5,767 nucleotides of DNA, from NCBI GenBank assembly GCA_028700905.1, contig JAQVRT010000032.1:1-5767 (forward strand), in the 5' to 3' direction. Shown here in pieces: positions 1 through 4,309 of this stretch (its first letter is position 1; each line of letters starts with the position of its first letter). Both the position numbers and the translations under genes were made by a program. The notes under the pieces were generated by a model that made no database searches, had not been told where the DNA came from, and saw nothing but the letters and a program-made list of their open reading frames with translations. Source of the DNA: Candidatus Iainarchaeum sp. Its GTDB lineage: Archaea; Iainarchaeota; Iainarchaeia; Iainarchaeales; CSSED10-239.

Positions 1-89
1 GTCAGAACCGCAATCTCCTGCTTGTAATGTATCTGTGTGTGTGAAACATCCACATGAGTCAGAACCGCAATCTCCTGCTTGTAATGTAT
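1..89. repeat. Interspaced direct repeat. Identical 32-nt copies at 1-32 and 58-89 are separated by 25 unrelated nt (57-nt period). Candidate CRISPR terminal repeat-spacer-repeat, or a coding cassette repeat.
   Basis: GTCAGAACCGCAATCTCCTGCTTGTAATGTAT occurs twice with no mismatch. Segment 33-57 has no similarity to 90-114. The repeat is GC-richer than the flanking AT-rich DNA. The first copy abuts the window edge, so further copies may lie outside. Confidence 0.9.
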
Positions 90-114
90 TTAAATTAAAA
101 TTTTCTATACTCAT
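1..114 (-). CDS. Partial CDS (N-terminal 38 codons, runs off the window) for a Cys-rich repeat-containing peptide or protein: MSIENFNLNTLQAGDCGSDSCGCFTHTDTLQAGDCGSD...
   Basis: The ATG at 114..112 is preceded by GAGGTTA (127..121) plus a 6-nt spacer. The eL40, eL41 and 5695 ORFs in this window share this SD geometry. The frame stays open to position 1. The 57-nt repeat period equals 19 codons. Third codon positions are mostly A/T, like the other genes. The competing interpretation is a CRISPR array, and plus-strand frame 2 is also open. Confidence 0.45.
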   Translation of the reverse strand, partial: MSIENFNLNTLQAGDCGSDSCGCFTHTDTLQAGDCGSD

Positions 115-208
115 GTTTTATAACCTCTTTATTTATTTTAATAATTTAAAAAATAGTTTTTAAAAATAAAATTAGTTTATTAAATTTGACTTATTTTAAA
201 ATTAATAT

Positions 209-236
209 CGCCTGTCAACTTGGCGAAAAGTTGAAG
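209..236 (-). repeat. Conserved 28-nt tRNA 3' trailer motif, copy A (CTTCAACTTTTCGCCAAGTTGACAGGCG on the minus strand), immediately after tRNA-Ala.
   Basis: It matches 5509-5536 on the opposite strand at 25 of 28 positions, with the first 18 nt identical. It starts at the base after the discriminator. It can fold as TCAACTT/AAGTTGA or as CGCC/GGCG hairpins. Confidence 0.85.
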
Positions 237-309
237 TGGACTCTGCGAGATTCGAACTCGCGGCCTCGTCCTTGCAAGGGACGCGCTCTACCAGCTGAGC
301 TAAGAGCCC
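237..309 (-). tRNA. tRNA-Ala(UGC): tRNA-Ala, anticodon UGC, 73 nt, no intron, CCA not encoded.
   Basis: Hand-folded cloverleaf: acceptor GGGCUCU/AGAGUCC with the G3:U70 alanine identity pair, D arm GCUC/GAGC, anticodon stem CGUCC/GGACG with loop CUUGCAA, T arm GCGAG-UUCGAAU-CUCGC, discriminator A. Confidence 0.95.
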
Positions 310-446
310 TAATAACTATTGAACCAATATATTATATATATTATAGAACAAAAATATTTATAAACACATCAGATTTATTTTTAATAAAAATTATAAAAAT
401 AAAACAATGGACTGATAAATATACTTTAAAAAAAAATATTATTAAA

Positions 447-483
447 TAAAAAAAGAAAAATTTCTTATAATTAAAGAAATTTT
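447..483 (-). terminator. Hairpin plus oligo-U terminator candidate downstream of the 16S rRNA.
   Basis: The minus-strand RNA has a 10-bp stem, AAAAUUUCUU (483-474) paired with AAGAAAUUUU (466-457), and a 7-nt loop. It is followed by UCUUUUUUUA. The tail UUUUUCUUUUUUUA is identical to the one at 2822..2809. Archaeal RNA polymerase is known to terminate at oligo-T tracts. Confidence 0.5.
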
Positions 484-496
484 GATGTGTGGAAGA
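483..496 (-). other. 3' strand of a candidate pre-16S processing helix (pairs with 2128-2139).
   Basis: Trailer RNA UCUUCCACACAUCA pairs with leader RNA UGAUGUGGAAGA as 7 bp, a 2-nt bulge, then 5 bp. The helix encloses the mature 16S, as expected for archaeal rRNA processing stems. Confidence 0.4.
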
Positions 497-515
497 AAAA
501 CAAACACTTCAGGTT

Positions 516-530
516 AGGTAAGTTTTTAAA
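516..530 (-). promoter_or_regulatory. Second copy of the 15-nt box TTTAAAAACTTACCT (minus strand), in the spacer just 3' of the 16S. Possibly an internal promoter or a conserved pre-rRNA element.
   Basis: Exact 15-nt identity with 2237-2251. It contains a TATA-like TTTAAAAA. Confidence 0.3.
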
Positions 531-569
531 ACTTTTAAAATAACAACTAGTTTAGTCATTATATAAAAT

Positions 570-2064
570 AGGAGGTGATCCGTCCGCAGGTTCCCCTACG
601 GACACCTTGTTACAACTTAGTCTACCTCGCGAAATATAGAATAACTTTATCCTTTAGTAGAGTAAAGTTCATCAACACTCCACTCGGTTGGCTTGATGGG
701 CGGTGTGTGCAAGGCGCAGGGACATATTCACCGCGTGATAGTGACACGCGATTACTGGGGATTCCAGCTTCATGAGGGTGAGTTGCAACCCTCAATCCGG
801 ACTTAGACTAAGTTTTTGAGATTGCCACCCCTTTTCAGGTTAGATACTCTTTGTCTTAGCCATTGTATGCCGCGTGTTGCCCAGAACATTCACGCTATAC
901 AGACCTACCTTCGCCCACTCCTTCCTCATTGTTACCAATGCAGTCCTATTAGAGTGCCTTCTTTTGCAAGCAAAAAAAGTAGCAACTAATAGCATGGGTC
1001 TCGCCCGTTACCTGAGTTAACAGGAAGCTTCACAGTACGAGCTGACGATGGCCATACAGCAGTTCTCAGCGCATCAGGTAACCCCTTCAGAGTGACCATC
1101 ATATTGCTGTCAGCCCTGGTAAAATATCTGGCGTTTCATCCAATTAAACCGCAGCATCCACCCCTTGTAGTGCACCCCCGCCAATTCCATTAAGTTTCAG
1201 TCTTGCGACCATACTTCCCAGGCGGTGAATTTAATGGTTTCCCTTCGGCCCTGAGCTAACTCGTAGTTAACCCAACACCTAATTCACATCGTTTACGGCT
1301 GGGACTAACCGGGTATCTAATCCGGGTTGCGCCCCCAGCTTTCGTATCTCACTGTCGAATCCGTACTCGTTAAGCGCCTTCGCCACAGGTGGTCTTTTTA
1401 GTATCTTAAGATTCTACTCCTACTCTAAAAATACCCTTAACGTCTTCCGGTTCCTAGTCATGCCAGTATCTTTTGCAATTCAACTAGTTAGGCTAGCTGC
1501 GTTCACAAAAGACTTAACAAACCAGCTACACACGCTTTAAGCCAAATAATGCTGGATACCACTTGGGGATTACGTATTACCGCGGCGGCTGGCACGCATA
1601 TTGCCCTCCCCTTATTCACATAGTTATTCACACTATATAAAAGCTTACATAGTAAGCACTTGGAATCTCTTTATCACGATTTCTCGCATTGTAAAAGTTT
1701 CGTAACTGCTGCACCCCGTAGGGCTAGGGACATTATCTCAGTTCCCTTCTCCGGGCTCCCTCTCTCAAGGCCCGTACAGATCTTCGGCTTGGTAGGCAGT
1801 TACCCTACCAACAACCTAATCTGGCGCAGTCCCATCCTTTCGCGCCAAAGAAGCATGATTCTTTGACCTTTAAAATAGTAATCATTCCAGATTTACTTTT
1901 CTATAGAGCATTATACTCAGTTTCCCGAGTTTAACTCTTCAAAAGGGTAGGTTGACCACGTGTTACTGAGCCGTTCGCCAAAACCTCTCATAGCTGAGGC
2001 TTTAAGACTTGCATGTCTTAGTCAGATTCCAATAGCAGTATCCACCAGCAGGATCAGCTGGAAT
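570..2064 (-). rRNA. rrs: 16S (SSU) ribosomal RNA, archaeal type, complete, about 1495 nt, no intron.
   Basis: Read on the minus strand. The 5' end is AUUCCAGCUGAUCCUGCUGGUGG. GUGCCAGCCGCCGCGGUAA is at 1578-1596. GGAUUAGAUACCCGGUUAGUCC is near 1300-1323. The 3' end is ...GUAACAAGGUGUCCGUAGGGGAACCUGCGGACGGAUCACCUCCU. GC content is much higher than in the flanks. Changes in helix 45 are compensatory. Confidence 0.97.
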
Positions 2065-2127
2065 TGGATAATAAATTTGCACACTTTTCTAACACAGAGT
2101 GTTTTTGCTAAAAATGTTTTCGTCTTA

Positions 2128-2139
2128 TCTTCCACATCA
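2128..2139 (-). other. 5' strand of the candidate pre-16S processing helix (pairs with 483-496).
   Basis: See the partner feature. It lies about 65 nt upstream of the mature 16S 5' end in a structured leader, which also contains the local hairpins GCTAAA/TTTAGC (2201-2215) and CCTAAT/ATTAGG (2170-2183). Confidence 0.4.
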
Positions 2140-2236
2140 GACTCAAAATAACTTGAGACCTCATAGTTTCCTAATAAATTAGGATCAAATGAGTTACTTT
2201 GCTAAATAGTTTAGCGCAGTAAAATAATACTAGTGG

Positions 2237-2251
2237 AGGTAAGTTTTTAAA
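2237..2251 (-). promoter_or_regulatory. Candidate 16S rRNA promoter: TATA-like TTTAAAAA within the 15-nt box TTTAAAAACTTACCT.
   Basis: It lies about 175-185 nt upstream of the mature 16S 5' end on the same strand. It follows the oligo-T tract after the HIT gene stop. A duplicate of the box is at 516-530. Confidence 0.4.
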
Positions 2252-2336
2252 GCTATTGTTTTTTACTTAGTAAAATTAGATTTTTTGAATAACTTATATA
2301 AATACTTTTCGTTTTAATCTATAAAAAAATATTTTT

Positions 2337-2795
2337 TTATTTCAAAAAATTATTTTTTAAAATTTTCTTAAGAGTTTTCTCTCTACTTTTTTGATCAATA
2401 GCAGGTCCAACTAATGTTGTAATATACCCAGGATATTTTTCAAAATATACTCCACCAGATAATTCTCCAAACTTTTTATCATTAATTTTATGCATAGGAT
2501 AAAGTTTAGTATGTATATGATCTACTCCTTGTCCTTCAAAAACCATTGCAATTTTTTTAACCTTTAATCCTTTTTCTAAAATTTTTGCAACTTTTTTTGA
2601 AACTAACAATAGTTCAGTATATACTTTATCTGATAAATTAAAAACATAAGAAGAATAATGCTTTTTTGTTAAAACAAGAGTTTGACCTTCAGTATTAGGA
2701 TGACCATCTAATATTGCAATAAAATCTTTATCTTCATAAATAATAGAAGCTTGCAGTTTTTTATCTGCAATCTTACAAAAAACACATTCTTTCAT
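2337..2795 (-). CDS. HIT (histidine triad) family hydrolase-like protein, 152 aa, with a variant triad.
   Basis: It has the N-terminal CVFCKI (CxxC) motif, then IYEDKDFIAILD...TLVLTKKHY, then a triad region GVDHIHTKLYP. The layout and motifs match Hint-type HIT proteins. Confidence 0.85.
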   Translation of the reverse strand: MKECVFCKIADKKLQASIIYEDKDFIAILDGHPNTEGQTLVLTKKHYSSYVFNLSDKVYTELLLVSKKVAKILEKGLKVKKIAMVFEGQGVDHIHTKLYPMHKINDKKFGELSGGVYFEKYPGYITTLVGPAIDQKSREKTLKKILKNNFLK

Positions 2796-2808
2796 AATTA
2801 AAAAATAG

Positions 2809-2845
2809 TAAAAAAAGAAAAATGCATCAATTAATCTATGATGCA
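2809..2845 (-). terminator. Hairpin plus oligo-U element spanning the eL41 stop codon. Possibly a partial terminator.
   Basis: The minus-strand RNA has the stem UGCAUCA (2845-2839) paired with UGAUGCA (2829-2823) and a 9-nt loop. The tail UUUUUCUUUUUUUA (2822-2809) is the same 14-mer as at 460..447. HIT starts only 13 nt beyond the tail, so read-through is possible. Confidence 0.35.
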
Positions 2846-2967
2846 GCTCTTTTTCTTAAATATCTTCTTTCTCTTCTTGTTTCTCTCATTTTTTTCTTTT
2901 TCCATTTCCATCTTTGTCTGGATTTTGTTTTCTTAAATCTACTTGAATCTTTTTTTCTAGTACCCAT
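2836..2967 (-). CDS. rpl41e: Ribosomal protein eL41-like, 43 aa: MGTRKKDSSRFKKTKSRQRWKWKKKKMRETRRERRYLRKRAAS.
   Basis: Hand translation; the ORF is too short for the supplied track. The segment KWKKKKMRETRRERRYLRKRA aligns without gaps to the eukaryotic eL41 core [21 protein letters not shown], with W, M and most basic positions conserved. SD-like AAGGCGA (2980..2974) plus 6 nt precedes the ATG. There is an in-frame stop 5 codons upstream. Confidence 0.6.
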   Translation of the reverse strand: MGTRKKDSSRFKKTKSRQRWKWKKKKMRETRRERRYLRKRAAS

Positions 2968-3023
2968 GAATTTTCGCCTTTAATTTTAATATTAATTTTT
3001 TTTTTCTTACCATATAAAGAAAA

Positions 3024-3097
3024 TGCTCTCGCCGGGATTCGAACCCGAGTCTCTGGCTTGAAAGGCCAGAATGATTACCGGACTACACCACAAGAGC
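3024..3097 (-). tRNA. tRNA-Glu(UUC): tRNA-Glu, anticodon UUC, 74 nt, no intron, CCA not encoded.
   Basis: Hand-folded cloverleaf: acceptor GCUCUUG/CGAGAGC (one G-U pair), anticodon stem CUGGC/GCCAG with loop CUUUCAA, T arm UCGGG-UUCGAAU-CCCGG, discriminator A. Confidence 0.95.
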
Positions 3098-3120
3098 ATA
3101 AAGTCTTTTAGATTAATTTA

Positions 3121-3130
3121 TTTTATAAAA
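3121..3130 (-). promoter_or_regulatory. TATA box candidate for tRNA-Glu (TTTTATAAAA).
   Basis: It is located at -24 to -33 relative to the tRNA 5' end at 3097, which is the canonical archaeal TATA distance. Confidence 0.4.
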
Positions 3131-3314
3131 CTACAATAAAATAAGAAACATTATTTAGTAGTTTATAATATAAATAAGTAACGATTTATTTATATATTGT
3201 TTGTTTTTTCACTTCAGAGAAAAAACTCTTGTTTTAAATACCTTTTGTATGTTAAATATATAACATAATATATTAATATTTAGAACAATTTAAAAATTAT
3301 TAAGGTGAAATAAA

Positions 3315-3467
3315 ATGGAAACAATAGCAAAAGAAAGAAGATTAAAAAATATATGGGTTTGTATGTCATGCAATAATACGATGAGAAGTCCTAAAAAAAT
3401 GGAATATTGTAAAAAATGTGGGGCAGTAAAAATCAGAGCTAAAAAGAAAGGAAAAAATGTAAAGTAA
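3315..3467 (+). CDS. rpl40e: Ribosomal protein eL40, 50 aa: METIAKERRLKNIWVCMSCNNTMRSPKKMEYCKKCGAVKIRAKKKGKNVK.
   Basis: Hand translation; not in the track. It has a CxxC-x12-CxxC zinc ribbon, a basic composition and the size typical of archaeal L40e. A strong SD, AAGGTGA (3302-3308), plus 6 nt precedes the ATG. Confidence 0.85.
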   Translation: METIAKERRLKNIWVCMSCNNTMRSPKKMEYCKKCGAVKIRAKKKGKNVK

Positions 3468-3469
3468 TT

Positions 3470-4309
3470 TTATTTTCTTTTAATTGGTTTAAAAGTTTTT
3501 TTAGAATCTCTACTTTTTAAAAAATCATTTTGTTTAGAATCAAGAAGTCTTTTCTTCTTGATCTCAAAATTTTTTTCAAATTTTTCTTTTAACAGTCTTA
3601 AATCATTTTCTTGTTTACTAATTCTTTTTTTACTACCTTCTCTATAAATATTATCTAAAGAAATATTATCTAATTTAAGTCCAGCTTTAAGACCTGCTTG
3701 AATATATTGTCTTAACTGTCTTTGATATTGAGAAATTGTATATGTTGTTTTTAAAGGAAGTTCTAAAATTATATTATATTTATTTTTTTCAGCATAATTT
3801 TTTAACAAAGACACAACTTTAACTCTCCAATTTTCTTTAAGTTCTTTATTTAGTTTATCTATATAAACTCTATTTTTATCTAAAAGTTCAGCTCTATTAT
3901 TATTTAAATTATTACCAATATATCCTTGTATATTACTTATCCTTAAAGTAATTTTTTTAGAATTATCTATAGTAAAATAAATACCAAAAGTTGAAATAGT
4001 ATTTTTATTATAAGATATCTGATATTCAATAATTGATTCTGAATGTAAATTTTCAAAAGGATTTGCACGACTAACTTTAAATTTTTCATTTTTACCTAAA
4101 GTAAGTTCTTTAAGTTTATTTTTTTCAATAAAATTTAAATTGAATTTAAATGAATTTAAAATATCTTTTTTAGAATAGTTTGTATTCATTAAATCTATTA
4201 AATCATACAATACCCTAACTTCTTTTGCATTTAAGGAACGTCCAACATTATTTACAACATAATTTTTAACATCTAATTCATGAACCATAATAAATCTCTT
4301 TAAAACCAT
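3470..4309 (-). CDS. Hypothetical protein, 279 aa, with a lysine-rich C-terminal tail. Function unknown.
   Basis: A long ORF in a very AT-rich, stop-rich background, with codon usage like its neighbours. It lies directly downstream of FEN1 on the same strand. An alternative start at Met8 (4288) has an SD-like AAAGAGA plus 6 nt and removes the 10-nt overlap with FEN1. I recognise no motif with confidence. Confidence 0.7.
   Translation of the reverse strand: MVLKRFIMVHELDVKNYVVNNVGRSLNAKEVRVLYDLIDLMNTNYSKKDILNSFKFNLNFIEKNKLKELTLGKNEKFKVSRANPFENLHSESIIEYQISYNKNTISTFGIYFTIDNSKKITLRISNIQGYIGNNLNNNRAELLDKNRVYIDKLNKELKENWRVKVVSLLKNYAEKNKYNIILELPLKTTYTISQYQRQLRQYIQAGLKAGLKLDNISLDNIYREGSKKRISKQENDLRLLKEKFEKNFEIKKKRLLDSKQNDFLKSRDSKKTFKPIKRK

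Noticed and set aside
2-163. Plus-strand frame 2 is open across the repeats. It reads ...SEPQSPACNVSVCVKHPHESEPQSPACNVFKLKFSILMFYNLFIYFNNLKNSF, with a stop at 161-163, and could be the C-terminus of a gene entering from the left.
   Set aside because: It cannot be excluded, but there is no internal support such as a start codon, an SD or a recognisable motif. The minus-strand frame has an ATG with the SD geometry shared by other genes. I kept it as an alternative only and did not report it as a feature.
209-236. The trailer motif as an integrase att site marking an integrated element between the two tRNAs.
   Set aside because: The repeats are inverted, not direct, and they exclude the tRNA body. 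The bracketed genes are core housekeeping genes (16S, FEN1, ribosomal proteins), and no integrase or mobile gene is present.
365-373. The 9-mer CACATCAGA is repeated at 365-373 and 2133-2141. It is complementary to the trailer strand of the 16S processing helix, so it could be an alternative pairing or a relic of a second processing stem around tRNA-Ala.
   Set aside because: It is only 9 nt, with no partner sequence on the far side of tRNA-Ala. It lies upstream of the tRNA's own TATA tract. The evidence is insufficient.
186-449. Track ORF of 87 aa on the plus strand.
   Set aside because: It lies antisense to tRNA-Ala and its trailer. It is kept open only by the GC-rich tRNA, has no SD, and has a low-complexity AT-driven tail. 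Judged spurious.
516-523. AGGTAAGT on the plus strand (also at 2237-2244) looks like a eukaryotic 5' splice-site consensus, and its complement looks like the U1 snRNA 5' end.
   Set aside because: This is an archaeal context with no spliceosomal machinery expected. The resemblance is coincidental. The box is better treated as a promoter or pre-rRNA element.
575-2151. Track ORFs 575-775, 1660-1866 and 1960-2151 on the plus strand.
   Set aside because: All three lie antisense within the 16S rRNA gene or its leader. These are typical artefactual ORFs in GC-richer rRNA sequence.
3098-3314. The 217-nt spacer between tRNA-Glu and eL40 as a possible hidden small gene or ncRNA.
   Set aside because: Only ORFs of up to 6 codons occur on either strand. 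There is no GC-rich island or convincing structure, only a weak CAGAG/CTCT(T)G hairpin near 3213-3229. It most likely holds divergent promoters.
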